A stretch of 64,000 nucleotides of DNA from the human T2T-CHM13v2.0 reference genome, Homo sapiens. Location: NCBI RefSeq assembly GCF_009914755.1, contig NC_060929.1, one strand, 5' to 3'. Position 1 is the first letter of the stretch; every line of letters starts with the position of its first letter. Below are positions 29,890-46,689 of the stretch, piece after piece. The notes beneath the pieces were generated by a model that did not search any database, had not been told where the DNA came from, and saw nothing but the letters and a program-made list of their open reading frames with translations. The translations under genes were made by a program, and so were the position numbers.

Positions 29890-31520
29890 AGTCAACAACC
29901 ATTTATTGAGTACCTGCTTACCACTTAGCAGGCACCCATCTACTCTCTGGAGAAATGATAATGACTAAGACAAACTATCGTGTTATGTGGAGTCTAGAGA
30001 ATAGTGTAGAGAAAAATAAAGAAATATAAAATATGACTATTAGGAGTGAAAAAATGAAAGAACAGCGAACTCTTTCTGTGGGAGGGGAGATGATCAGACA
30101 AAGTACTCCAAGAAAAATAGTTTTTAAATTAAGTCTTGAAAAATAAATAGTTTGTCAGGCAGATGTGGGTAAAGGTGAGGAATAGAAGGGGCACCCCAGT
30201 CACCGCAAAGAAATATGAAAGCATATATCTATGATGTACAATAAGAAAAAAAAAGAAATATGAGAAGGTGACAGGTTCCAGGAACCACACATAGTAGCTA
30301 CGTATGTTTGTCCCAAAGGGTGAATCTATCATTAGACAATATTTTCAGTAAGGGACAAGAAAATACTACCTTATTTGACCATCATATTTCCAGTGGAACC
30401 CCTGGCACATAGTAGGTGTTTAATAAATATTTATTAAAAGGATGTTCCCAAGAAGTAGACAGGTCCCAAATTGTGAAGGGTTCTATAAGTTGTGCTAAAA
30501 CGTGATCCTCTGTAGGGCATCCTGAAGAATTTTAAGGCAAGAGTGACATAACTAGGTTTGGGTTTTAGAAAGTTTCCATCTTTGTCCTCACAGCTCTGCA
30601 GAAGATGGACTGGAGAACAGAAAGAAGGCAGAGAGACCAGGTCAGAAATAACTGTAAGAAATGATGAGACCTGGACCAAGGCACAGCCAAAGGTTGAGAA
30701 GGAATGACTGGGAAAACCATCTAGGAAGTAAAACTGATAGTACCACATGACTGCTTAGATATGGGGGAATGAAACAAAAAGGGTGACTTAGAACAGCTTC
30801 CAGATGTCTGACACTCCACCAGGAAAATGCACTATTCGACAACATGAAGAATATGAACAAGTATCTTCTATGAAACTGTTTATTAAAAATACATTCACAT
30901 GTATATGCAATAAAAACTCTGGACCAGTTATGTAGATACATGTTGGAAAAACTGGGATTGTTTCATGATTTATTTATTCACTCAGAGAATATTTAACAAG
31001 CTCCTGCTCTGGTCATCAGGGAAAGAATTGTGTGGAAAAAAACAAATACAGGGCTTCCCCCAGTAGAACTTACAGCTTTGCGTAGGAGATAGGCTACTAA
31101 TTATATTACAGATAGATAGGGAATAAACTATGTGAGGCTTTAAAGGCAATGTTAAGGAGGTTCTCTTTATCTTGAGAGCTGTAAATGGCCATGGAAAGAT
31201 TTTAAGAAGTTTGGTGGGGAGATGACCAGAGTATTTGCATTTGAAAAAGATCATTCTGGCTGCTGTGCCATGAATTAGATTACACTAGAAGATCCACTTA
31301 AGGAAGCCCCCACAAAATCTATTCCAGAGGCAATTGGACCTTAAATTTCAAAGAGCAGGACTCACCAGTTTAACCTTCTTGATTGTTTATAACCAGACTT
31401 CATCCTTACTGGACAGTGTTTGTGCCATACCAGTTATCAAATATTTTCACTATAAACCCATTGCTAGGGAGGCAGTAGCAGAAAGAGGTGGAATTTAAAA
31501 GTTTCTAGGAGGTAGAATTG
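29890..31520. mobile_element. Cluster of degenerate L2 fragments
   Basis: catttattgagtacctgct, aagaattttaaggcaagagtgacata and tttgcatttgaaaaagatcattctggctgctgtg are typical L2 phrases. Boundaries are approximate. Confidence 0.55.
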
Positions 31521-34500
31521 ATACCCTTTTAGGATGCCAACAGGTTTTACCACTGGTCACCAGCTTTCTCTGGCTGTTGGTCCATGAGGGTTAGGGGTAG
31601 TGAGGGAACAGGAGGGAGAAGCCGAAGCCCACCCATTTGGCAGCAGTAAAAGGCCACACTGGGAAGTCCCAACCCCTTTCTTATTTCTATTCCCCCACCC
31701 CCTCCCCAATGGCACTTGTCCACCTCCATCTACAGGAATAGCATCACTTAGCCTTTTGGTTTACAAATGAGGAAAATCAGGCATTAGAAACTAAGTAACA
31801 TTCCCAGACTAGTTCCAGTCTATTGTGAAACAAATTGTCAGATGTTTGTTTCCCCAGGTAGAAAGGCCAAAGACTTGTTCAATGATGCACTTAACACACG
31901 TTGCTCTTTGATCAACATGACCAGAAACAAACAGACCATCCTGTGCACACCTGATGCTTCTTCTTTCTGACTTGTGTTCCTTATGACATTCACAGCAGCC
32001 AAAGCAAGCAGAGCAAACAAAACTCATCAGTTTGTTGCTTATTGCCACTCAGCTTAGATAAAAGACTCAGTTGATAGGGGGATAATTAAGCCTTTGTTCT
32101 AAATGAGCTTACAGGATTATCTCTAGGTTTTAGTTCTCCATGCCATTTTTGTCCCCAGGTGCCACAAATAATCATTTGTTGGCTAGAAGCAGATTTGGCA
32201 AGCAGAAAAATTGTAAAGTATAACTAAGGCAAAAGTTAATAACCCATCAATATATTTGCATTAAGCAGCTGCTTTTTGGAAATTATCATGCTACCTTCAA
32301 TAGAGTGTATAAGCTTATGTACCCTTAAGCAGCATACAATCTTCATAATAAAAAAGACACAACTACTAAGCATTATGTGATCTGCATCAAATGAAGCACA
32401 AACAGTAAGTCTCTGGGAGTCCTGATAATATGTGGACTTTGGGGAATGGCCAGAACATGGGGATAGAGCTGCCAGTGATAGCCAAGCTGTAAAAGGGAAA
32501 TTTAAGGGAAACATAGTCTAAGAATGAACAAATTGAATCTGGAAGAGCAGAAAAGAAAGGATAGGCCTTCTGGCTTTTGGAGAGCTTTAGGGATTTGGGG
32601 GGAAGTTGAGGGTTTTGATTTTTGTTTGGTTGGTTGGCTTTCTGATACATTTTTATCTACTTAACTGAAATGCTCAGGGAGGAGTAAGAGATAGAAAAGA
32701 AGAGCCTATATTTTCCACTCCGGCAAATCTTTTAGAATTTTAGGAAATATTTTTCTAATTCTATCACAGAGTTCTAGTTAATCTTTACCCCTTCCCAAAA
32801 CTCCTAAAGGCTATCAGTGGTTCTCAACAGTAACCTTTAATAGAGAGAGTAGAGACAGAGTAGGACAAAGCAGAATTTCATGGAAAATGCTCCCCTGTGT
32901 GGCACTCCTTTGAGAACCCTGGGATCAAAACATATGTGAGAGATTGTGGTCCATACGGTGATCAGTCAGAGATTCCTAGGTATCAAATGTTTATGTCCAT
33001 GCTGTAGTTTGAAAGTTCACAAGGGAAGGAAGAGTAAACTGTACCAGAAGCTCATTCCTGAGGGTCTCAGAGATTAATGAGCCAGGGGCATTATTGTCTA
33101 CAGGCTCTCCAATCTAGAGAATTCTTGTGCAGCACCAAATAACAGAAATTGCTAGCAATGAGAAGCATATCAAGGGCTAGAGAATTGTGTTGGCACCAGA
33201 GATAAGACAGCAAAATCCCATAATATGGTGGAGGCTCCATGGCCCCACTGGGTAGGACTTTACCTAGGACATTCTGAGCTGTTCCAATTGGGACTCCAAG
33301 GCTTCAATTCAACAAAATGGCACTGAGAGAACCATGTGCTTTCAGCAAGAAAATTCCCCTGGAAATGGCTTGTGCTTAAGGAGAGAACCGCTTCAAAACT
33401 CAGGCAAAGAATACCAGAGGCCTGGTCCTAAGAGAAACCCCTGCCTGTGAGCAGACAGTAGATACCACATGCTTGTGGATCACAGCTCTTCTTCCTACAC
33501 ACAAGCCCCCTTACTCTTGGGTCACATGGTTGGGGACATATACTCTGGCTTCCCACTGCTCCATAAACTCAAAAATATCTACATAACTACAAAGAGCAGG
33601 GGAGAAGCATTGTGGGCTACAGTAGTATGAAAAGCTTTCATAAAAAATGTATGAATAATAACAGCTACCATGTATTGAGCATCTATTGTTACAGGTGCTA
33701 TGCTTGGCTTATGCCTATATTATCTAATTACATTTTTACAACAACTCTAAGACAGAACTATTGTTCTCAGAGCTACCAATAAGCAGCAAAGAGAGGACTT
33801 GAATTCTAGCCTGAGTCTGAAAACACCCTCTTTCTACTAAGCTATGCTTCGATTCAGGGCAGCTACTGAAGCACTTAGTATGATTTGATACAGAAAATAA
33901 TGGGAAGAAAAGAGAAGGAAATTGCAAAGGTGATCCAGTAGAAAAGCACAAGGCAAGTCTAGATGAAGAGAAATGATAGAAGAAGTGAGGCTACTAAGTT
34001 AACTGGCAGTTTTTGAGCATCCACAAAAAAGAGACTAGGATAGTGGGTGACCATGTGAATGGATTGATAGGCTTTAGGGAGATAAGGAAGAATGGGGAAC
34101 ACAATCAAGGGAGATATTACCACAAAGAGAAGCTGGTGCGTGTCCCGGGACTGGGTTCCAACATGACAGGCATACTTGGCTTGACAAACTGGAAAGTGCC
34201 TGAAAGAAGAAAGCCTGGATGGAGATGAAAGGAAAGAGACAGACACACCCACCTGCTGGAAAACAGAAATGGACCTACAGCAACAGCAGCTGATACCCCG
34301 CATTTTCAAACGGGCTGAGTTCTAACACAAAGGAGTGACAGATTGTCAGCAACTGTTTTCAAAAGAAAGACTATGATCACAAGAGCCAGGACATATCTGG
34401 ATCTACACCACATGTCACTGGGGCCAGAACAAATGAAAAGCCTCTAGGGACTCAGTTAAGGGAGTTTATCTCTGAGAATTCTTTGTCTTTCATACATTCT

Positions 34501-35690
34501 TGTGGTCTAGCACTGCCATTTCCAAAAGAAAGATTTGCAGTTGCCCATTTTCCTGATGAGGGAAAAGAATCATAGAGCCACCATCCAGAGGAACACTAAC
34601 TCTTCTAGGGACTGGCCCTGAACAGAATCATGAAGGAGCTGAAGCTCAGATTTGACATCTCCAGCTTACCTCATCTCTACCTCTCTCTTTCACCTTGAAA
34701 TACTCTTACCTCCCTCCTTTGGTGCCTACTCTGTATTCTAAAGAGTTTTATCTCAGATGGCTGTCAATTTATCATTTCAGTGATTCTAGAACTTCACTGG
34801 GTATAAGAACCACTCTGGCTCACCCATCTTCCCAACTAGAGATTCTAGGGGTATCTGGGTTGGGGTCCCTACATCAGTGTTTTTAACAGAGCTTCCAGAT
34901 GATTCTGATAGAGATGATTCACAGATGGAGAAACTGCACCAGGGAGTTTGTTGATGATTAAACAATTTGTTGATAATGGCTCAGGTTTTAACAAATAACT
35001 CTTGATGGAAAGTATGTGACGCTGAAGGTATCTAACTCAATGGTGGAATGTTGACCAGAGAAGGATATTTGAAAGGCAGAAGATTATCTCTGGTGCTCTC
35101 TCATTCAATGTCATTTATCCTAAAAGAAGAAAATAAGTCTTTCTGTGTCGCAAACAAAAATATTTTGCATCATTCCTCTGATTGTACAGTTTTAAATGCA
35201 ACCAATGTAGTCATCAAAAATCATGTTTTTGATATATATTTAATCACAGAGAAAGCTGTTTACAGCATGTTAGAGTGAAAGTAGAATTACAAAACCTTTT
35301 TTAAAAAATCATTCATCCTATAAACAAATAGGGCTCAAATCAAACTCTGTAAGAGACAGTTACTCACCAGTTCATAAGGTTGACCCTTAGAGCTTCCTTC
35401 CCTGCCCCTACCTGCAGCTCTCATGGTGCGAAGACATCTTTCTGCCTTGATTGCCAAGACAAATCCACAGCATCATCTGAATATTTCCAAACTATCCACA
35501 AAATTATATAGCAAACAAAATTTATTTAGTTTAAATGTAAAGATATTGCCATTTTTCTCAACGTCACGGTCAAAACCAAACATCAAAACCGCAGTCAGTG
35601 ATCATAGCTCTGTTTTTCATAGGTTTAATTATAGTGCCTATGCTTTTTCTTTTTACTTTATTAATTTTACTTTGAGTTATGACATTTCTT

Positions 35691-36043
35691 TTTTGTGTTT
35701 GTGTATGTGTGTGTGTGTGTGTTTGTTTGTTTTTTTGTTTGTTTGTTTGTTTGTTTGTTTTGAGACTGAGTCTCCCTCCGTTGCCCAGTCTGGAGTGCAG
35801 TGATGCAATCTTGGCTCACTGCAATCTCCGCTTTCTGGGTTCCAGCGATTCTCCTGCCTCAGCCTCTTGAGTAGCTGGGATTACAGGCGCACCCCAGCAC
35901 ACCTGGCTAATTTTTATATTTCTAGTAGAGATGTGGTTTCATCATGTTGGCCAGGCTGGTCTCAAACTCCTGACCTCAAGTGATCTGCCTGCCTCAACTT
36001 CCCAAAGTGCTGGGATTACAGGCGTGAGCCACCATGCTATGCC
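35691..36043 (-). mobile_element. Alu (AluS-type) whose tail has become (TG)n/(TTTG)n
   Basis: Alu body plus a 16-bp TSD AGTTAT(G/C)ACATTTCTT at 35675-35690 and 36045-36060 that encloses the microsatellite. Confidence 0.93.
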
Positions 36044-36458
36044 AAGTTATCACATTTCTTACACATTTATAACTACATTGAAAACACAGCTCTTAATAAC
36101 ATAAGCTGATATTCAAAAGGAAAGTAAAATGATAAATTGAATTCTATAGGTCTCTTTTGACCTTGACTTTATCCACTTTAAATTGTCATTGCCATTTCCA
36201 TCACTGCTTCAGAGAAATTTGAGAAACAATATAATTTTCATGCAACCCTTGATCCTAAGACAGGTCTCTCTTGAAACCCCCCCCAAGGCCTAAAATTTAA
36301 TAAGCATCATTAGAAGGCAGTTTTCCAGGTTCTTGCAAGCTTAGAATTAATCTGGGGGCTGACTTCTCATCGGTTAATCTTCCTTTTTCAAACATATCCC
36401 ATTATTTGGGGGAAGGAGAGGGTAGCAGGGAGGAGGTCATAATTCCAAAGGGTGTCTT

Positions 36459-37150
36459 TGAAACTGCCTTTGCAAAATTATGACTGAGACAGTGAAAGAG
36501 ATCTAACTTAATCGACTCCATCTTGCTTCTAACTTCCAAGCTATCCTTATTCATTCTTGGGCATAAACTGAACTAACATTGGGAGAAACTTAGTTTATAG
36601 TTTATAGTTTAAAACAAAGACAATAACATCCAAAGCAGACCTTCTTCTTGCCTAGGGACTAGATTGCCTTTGTAGGACTAACACTATCCGTGAGTGAGAA
36701 ATTATGGCTTAGGAGTCATGCAGCTGGAGGCTTCAAGATTCTGACCCTCCCTAAACTGCTTCTAACATCAGTGTTTGAGATATTTTGCAGACCCAGGACT
36801 TGATGGATCAGCTGGCACCACCCAGATCGATAAACTGGCCCATCTGATCTTGTGTCTCCTCCTCCTCCCACCAGGAACTGACTCAGTGCAAGAAGACAGC
36901 TTTGTCTCCCTATGATTTCACCCCTGACCAATCAGCACTCCCAGCTCACTGGCTTCCCCCCACCCACCAAGTTGTCCTTAAAAACTCTGCTCCTCAAATG
37001 CTTGGGGAGACTGATTTGAGTAATAATAAAACTCTGGTCTCCCTCACAGCTGGTTCTGCGTGAATTCCTCTTTCTCTATTGCAGTTCCCTTGTCTTGATA
37101 AATTGGCTCTGTCTACACAGCAGGCAAGGCGAATCCCTTGGGTGGTTGCA
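36459..37150 (+). mobile_element. LTR8 solo LTR (ERV1), full length
   Basis: Starts TGAAACTGCCTTTGCAAAATTATGACTGAGACAGTGAAAGAGATCTAAC and ends GGTGGTTGCA, with TG..CA termini, 4-bp TSD TCTT on both sides, CCAAT at 36928 and AATAAA at 37025. Confidence 0.88.
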
Positions 37151-38349
37151 TCTTTTCAGTCCTACCTGATGTTGACATAAGTGCCATGTTCCAAATTTGA
37201 AAATCCTGGTTATTTTCTAAAAACTTCTAAAGATTAAATATATGATGTATGTGTCACATTATCTCCTGAAGCAGAATGCACTTTAAAAATATGTTACTAC
37301 TTTCTAAATCCAATCATGAATTATTTAATTTGTGCACCATGTGAAGATAATTAATACAAAGTAAAGCTGCTGGTTGTCATTTTTAAATAATTTCTCAGTA
37401 GAGTTCATTTCCAATAAATAAACTTGATATTCTAAGATTTACTCCTTACTTTTTAGAAAAGTGGTAAACATTAACAGAACATACTCCTAGAACTTTCTGA
37501 GAATGATTTTTGTTTTCTCACAAATTCAGAGAATTGGAGTTCTCACTGGGGATGCTGATGAGAAGAGCGAAGGACAAAGACTCTCTGGAATTCCTCTGTT
37601 CCTTCTTTTTACAGACTCCAGAGGACCTGAACAAGCACACGTGTTTTAAAGATGCTAGGCTTATGGTAACAGTGTTTGCATTTGATAAGGGAAACCATGT
37701 ACAGCCTCCACTTGCCTACAGTATTACCAAGAAATCTTTAACATCTCTTTGAATTGAATCAGGCTTCATTCATTTATTCATCAAATTTTTATTCATTATT
37801 TTCTATGTGCCAGAATGGTGTAAAAGAATCAACAATGCATTAGTCAAACAAAATTGACCTCATCCTCATCTCCAATTGGTTAGGAAAGAGTTTGAAAATG
37901 TAACCAAACTAATTCTCAGACTAAGCGTAAATAGATTGAAAAACGTATTTTTTAAATGTTTTGTCCTCCTGGAAGTAAAATGAATTTCTACAAACCATAA
38001 CTTTGTTTGGTAATTGAAAGTTTATTAAACCATGACCCAAAAATCCTTGTCTTCAAGCCATTCACTCCAGGACAAAACCTCAGAGAAGTATAAAAATGAA
38101 TTGGGATAGGGATTTTAACATATTTGAAAAGAGCTATAATGTATCATATAATCATTCCTCCCAGTTCTCAAGCCCTAGCTCAAACTTCATCTCATTGTTG
38201 AAATCTTTCACAAATTTCACTAAACTCCTGCAAGCCATAAATAATCTTTACCTTTGGGGTTTTATAGCACTTACCAAACGCAGCCTGATGTCACGAGTTC
38301 AGGTGTACAGTTGTGCACATGTTTTCCGTTTAATGAGTACCCAACACAT

Positions 38350-38520
38350 TAGAAACAGTGCGGTGCTTAAGAGTGGGGGTTCCAGCCCAGATTTCTGAAG
38401 TTGACTCCCATGTCTGTGTGGCTATAGTCTCTCTGTTACTCAGTTTTCTCATCTGTAAAAAAAAAATTATAATAGTCCTACCACATGGAATGATAATGAT
38501 GATTAAAATACCATGATAAA
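38350..38520 (+). mobile_element. MIR SINE
   Basis: gtgcttaagagtgggggttccagcccaga...ctcagttttctcatctgtaaaa...gatgattaaa. Confidence 0.65.
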
Positions 38521-38539
38521 CTGCCATAGCCAAGAGGAG

Positions 38540-39115
<576 letters not shown>

Positions 39116-42100
39116 AAGTAAAAATTAGAATTAGGAGAAACTTTAAATGTTAATAAAGGCAAACCATTTAGAAGACTATATGGCCTATAGTAGACACTCA
39201 TTAAAAGGTAAGAAGCAACTGTTAGGAGTACTACTAGTAATGGTACTGTGAAGCCAACAAAAGCTTTTAAGCAAAATTGCTGATTTCTTATTCCCTTAGG
39301 CTTTCTCTTTTGTTTTTGTTGTTGCTTTTGAGGTTTTATTTTTTGTACAACATTTAGCAAAAGGCTGTAACTGTAAACAAAACTATGATTTAATTTTTCA
39401 ATCTTATTATTTCAGCATTATGTAGGAATGGGTTTAGTGCCAAAGACTGTATTCATCATCATGTCTTTTGGTCATAATCATATGCAGTATGATTAGATAA
39501 ATAGGCACACCCAAAATGTCAACGGCACCTGTTTGAGAAGCTATAAACTTATTCCATTGGTTTCCATTTCACATGTTCTTTTAGTTACTGAATTATAATT
39601 TATCATGTGTATTTCATAGTAACAAGTACAAATCTAGTCATTTCATGCCCTTTAACAGCTTTACATTATCTACAAGATTGAGTCTAAATGTCCTAATTTG
39701 TCATTCTAGGACCTGTACAATTTAATCTTCACAGATTCATCGATCACCTGCCCCATAATCCTATGTTCTTCATGCATTTATGCTTTTTCTTGTGCTTTTT
39801 CCTGTAATATTTATCTATTCATTCTTCTTATAATAAAATAATTCTCATCCTTTGACATCTTTTCCATATGTTATGAGCACTTCTCCTACTTCTTCAGAAA
39901 AAATTAATTATTGATGCCTCCATTCTTCCACAGCATTTTACCCATAATGATTATAAAAATTTTAATCTTCTGGGGAACACTAAAATATGATTTATTCATT
40001 TTCATGTGTATTTTTTGAATTGGATTTACTGATTTCAAAGGATCCTTTCATGGAAACATAATGACCATGACTAGCTAAGCCAAAAAATTCACATAGAACA
40101 TGTTTCTATACTGAAATCCCTTAGACATGATATATATCATCTATGCTACACTGTCACTCACATGGGTTAAGGTTGCTTTGGAATTAGTGCATAGCTGTTT
40201 AATGTGTTTAGTCTATACCTTAATTAGACACTCCTTAAGAGACACAATTGCATCTCTCTCTTCTTTTGTTCTCTTGAGAGTCAAAACCATCAGTCACAGT
40301 AGCTGTACATAATAAAGTGAATAGCCACATATTTATAATACTTGGCAACCTTCACTCTTTATTCAACTAGTTTAATTCTTAGTGTTGATTGTCTTCAATT
40401 TTATCTTTGGGAATTGCCAGTACTTAACCTGCCTGAATTTTCTTTTATCCTTAAGCAGCTAGGGATACATTAAAAAATGTTGCTTCACTTTATAGAGGGA
40501 CTAGGGTTTCCTCAGAAAAAGCCAAAGTTGACCAATAAACGTATATATTTTTTCTTTACAAAATTAACATACTGAATGAAAATTCAAATAATACCAAAAA
40601 GTGGAAAGATCAATCCCTCCCTAATCCCCCAATATAGCAATTTATTATATAATGTGTATACTTCTCATTTCTATATACACTAAAAATCTCATATATATTA
40701 AATATATACATTATTTAATTTTTACACATATAAATTTATATCAACCATTCAACTTAACAAATAAGAGACATTTTCTTATGTGTATGCTTCACTTCTTTTA
40801 TTTTTATTTTGACCAAGCCATATGAATCTATTTGCAAAGAGAAGTTTTGATGAGAAGCAGAAATTCTGAATATGGAATATGGTAAAGAAAATAAGTGCCC
40901 AAATTCCACATCTGTCTTACAGACATACGTTTTTCCTCAATGAACCAAGGGGATCAAGTTCTGTGGTATCAGAGACAATCCTCAAAAAGCCCAGAACTTA
41001 ATTCTTAAATTTAAACTTAATCCTGGCCCACTTTATTTCCACATCTTTGATATTATTGGTTCAATATTCTGTTAACCCAACTCATACTCTTATGCCAGAT
41101 TCCTAACAAGTAGGTATCTTGACAAGAGAATTTCCCTAAACTCCTAAAATTATGAAGCCAGTATGTTAGATTCGATGGCAGACTTTGCTAAAGTATGAAA
41201 TCTGCTCTCTACCACCAGTTGAATTCGGGTACATCTATTTGTGCAGTGTGCTAGACAAAACCGTGCTTCTACAAGCCAGAATCAGACTATGCCCAGCATC
41301 CTCTTAAAAATCAAGCCAGCACAGAAGGCAGTATCATGTAACGTTGGTGCAATCATTCAGGAACATCTATATATTCAGTGACTCTACTTCTAAACCCAAA
41401 GCACAAGAAACAACATGAGATCCCATGGGATTCTGTCCTAGATGATGCAAAATAATCCCAATGCAAAAATATAATCCAAACCTGAGGTAGTGTAGCCACC
41501 TTCACAGAGGAAACCTTCACAAATCCATTGAGGAGAGAACTAAATGCAAATTCCACCACCTAGGAAACTTATTGTTCAGAGATGCTTGGGCAGCCTAAAA
41601 AAATAGGACACTTGTTTCAAGAAGCTCCCTTCTGGTGGAAATCACCCCAAAAGGACTAAGACATGACACCAGGCAGTCAACTAAACCTGTGCCCTGTAAG
41701 CACCTGTTCAAAGGACAACCAACAGTAACTTGGATCCCCACCCACATTCCCAGCAGTCTCCACATCAACACCCATGTGCCAGAACTGACATGAGTGGAAA
41801 CACAAGGGTTCCAAAAACACAGTTCCAGAGTCACTCCATCAGCATTTAAGTTCTGCTCATTGAATCTCTGTCACCGGACATGTGCACTAAACCACAGCAG
41901 CTGTGCCAACCACAGGCCAAAGGAGCTTGATTAGAGGCAGAGCCAAGTTAAAAGGAGTGGGAAGAATGTGTAGAAGCTGAACAGTTAGTAATGTGGCATA
42001 TACTCTGACTCCTGGGAAAGCAAAGCAGTCAACAGATCTGTGCTGCATATTTCAAACCTAGAGGACCTTTTTGTTAACTGAGATTTCATGCAACCCCAGA

Positions 42101-44611
42101 GTTGAACAGGCAAAGCCACCAATGGTGACAGCCTGTCTACATGTGTGCTTAGATGAGATTGTACTGTGCGTCATTAATCTGGCAGCTTTGAGCCCCATTC
42201 ATACACATAAATAGTAATGCTGTCAGCAGCAGCATCTACTAGCACCAAGGACAAAAATAAATACTTCAACATGAAGTATAGACACAGGCCAAGACAGGTC
42301 TCTCTTGAGTTTTGAATTCTCATCATAGACTAAAGATGATTGATGGTGATAGTGCTGTGGTTAATGGACATACCACTGTATTTCCCATCACTTTTCAAGT
42401 ACATGCTTCTGATTCCCTTGATTATTTTCAGTCTTTGCAAATGTTATTCTTCCTGAAATCCCCACTCCACTTTCTCAGTTGCCTCAGCTAACCAGTGGTT
42501 TCACTGAGCTCCCTTTCATTTCTGACATGTAACATGCAAGCTTTCATTGTTCAGCTACCTGGGCATTTCTCTTTTCCCCGGCACCCTCCCCCAACCATTT
42601 CACCAGACTGTGCTAGTCTATCAAGATGAAAACAACACTATGACACTCGGAACAAACTTCTCCTGTCAGATGCACACAGGGGGCCCTCTGTTGCACAATC
42701 TGCACTTGTTCCTCATGCAACAGAGATTCAACTCACAGATACGAGATCCAGACTGCAGATCAGAGGGGAGACTGACTTCTGCCCTTCATTTGAGCCAAAG
42801 AATACTTATCTCCTTATTTCCAACTTCTCAAGTTGCAGCTAGACCTGGGGAGATGTAAATATGTAAGTAAAACCAAAGACCATATTCACAGGTTATCCCT
42901 TTCAAAATGCCAGTACTTCTCAGTTGGCTTATCGCAGGCTGATTCCACTCTTTATTCATAAAGAGCCAATAGCAAGAAAAGGCAGCTCAGTGTGCGGGAA
43001 GGATTGCAGGAGTTACCGCCATATACTGATCTTTTTGTTCTGACACATTGATATGTGGGATTGGGCTGTGGGCAAAGTTACTATGTCTCTCTTTCTTGCA
43101 GCCCTAGGCTATCCTTAATCCATAGCTCTGCTGAAGAGATCCTTTCTAGGGAAAACATAACATAGGAAATTTAAATGATTGTTGCTGGTGTTTAATATTT
43201 ATTGAACACCCACAACTGGACCAGGCACTCTACCGATGTGTAGCTTGCATCTTATTAGAATTTTCTGGGGAAAAACATCACTTTGACTGAAAGCTATTTA
43301 AAAAAAAAAAAAGCTGTTGAGCTATTGTAAGAGCAACAAGAATACACATTTCTCAAATATCTCTAATTGCTTTTCATAAGAATACAATTTTCTGCTCCTT
43401 CCATTAAGAACAGTCATTAACATGATATACTCAGTGATCCCAACTCTATAGTGCTTCTTTAAACATTTAGTTACATTTGCTAGTAGCTCAGGCTGAAAAA
43501 AAAATCACTATGTTAAAACGTATTTGTAAAGATTTTTTTTTTTTTCCAAAACATGTGTAATATAGTTGAAAATAAATTGACCTCACTTTCAAGCTGCACA
43601 TTGTTAGTCTTTGTCTTGGTTCCCTGCCTTTCTCTTCCTCAGAACCCAAGGTTGGAGCCTCTGTAGCACTCGATCTGCAGAAACCAAGTCTACTTCCTTT
43701 CCTGAGATAGTCCGAACAGGAAAAGGAAGCACACAGTAGCCATCACCCCACTCTGTATTCTTACAGAGCTTGGCAACAGGTAACTTTCCCCAGACCCAGG
43801 AACCTTCCGTCCTGTCACCTATATCTTCATTGACAACCTGATCTGGAACCCTTCCTGAAACTCAATCTGCAGGCTGAGAACCCTGAACCTTTGTCTACTT
43901 CCTACCTGCCTTCCTTCTCAAAGCTAGACCCTGAATGTTGGCAGGAATCCTGAAAAGTGAAAAGTGTTTTTAACTCCTACATTTTCCAGAATACCATGAT
44001 CTCTGCTGGTAAGACGCTGCTTGCCCTGTTGGACTGGTATTGGTGATCTCCTTAGATTTAAAAAAAAAACTCTGGATGGATATGCACCAAAACATTAATC
44101 ATGGCTATCTCTGGGTGGTAAGAAAACACATGATTTCAATTTTCTCTTTTATTATATTTTCCAAATATTCTGCAGTGACACGTATTACCTTTTTACACAG
44201 GAGGAAAAAAAAGGTTTTCTTTTTTTGTTTTGTTTAAAACTTACCAAGACATACCATTATCCTTCCCGTGTTTCTGTTTCAGTAAATTCTCTTTTTCTCT
44301 TTTCCAAATCCAGCCTGTTGAAAAGAGTGTTCTCTCTACAAAGGAGGACAAATCTAAAGACCAAATTCTAAGAGAAAATATTTTTAAAGGGTTTTAAAAT
44401 CTGTTATACCATAAAAAAGCAAGGTATTGAAATCAGATCCTTTATAGCATAGAAAAAATAAGTGATTTATTAATGATATCAGGAATTGAGATTTTCACAG
44501 CACCATGAGATTGATAAAGTAAAATTCTAAGTTAAAAATTATAAGATAAAAAATTAAATTAATATAAAGTTAAAACTCAATTGGAAAATGTAGATCAAAA
44601 CCACACAGAGG

Positions 44612-45006
<395 letters not shown>

Positions 45007-45304
45007 TTAGTTGCAAGATGTCCATCTTTCTGTGCTGATGGAGAGCTGCCTTCTTATAACCACAGAGTTGGCACCCTACCTGGGAAATGTGTTTCCTTGC
45101 AAAACAGATTCCTTAAGTTGTGCTGCAGGCTCTGTGGGTCACTTTCCTCTCTTATGTCTATCAGTACCAAAGTTCACGGTTGTGCATTTGAATTTCTTTA
45201 GGCTGAAATTTACAGGTTGCTGCTTTGTGTTTCTTCCTTATAAAATCTCTTTATATGATTTTAGCTTCAAGTAGAATTTACTTTCAAAAAGAAAAAAAAG
45301 AAAA

Positions 45305-46675
<1,371 letters not shown>

Positions 46676-46689
46676 TAATCTTTTTAAAG

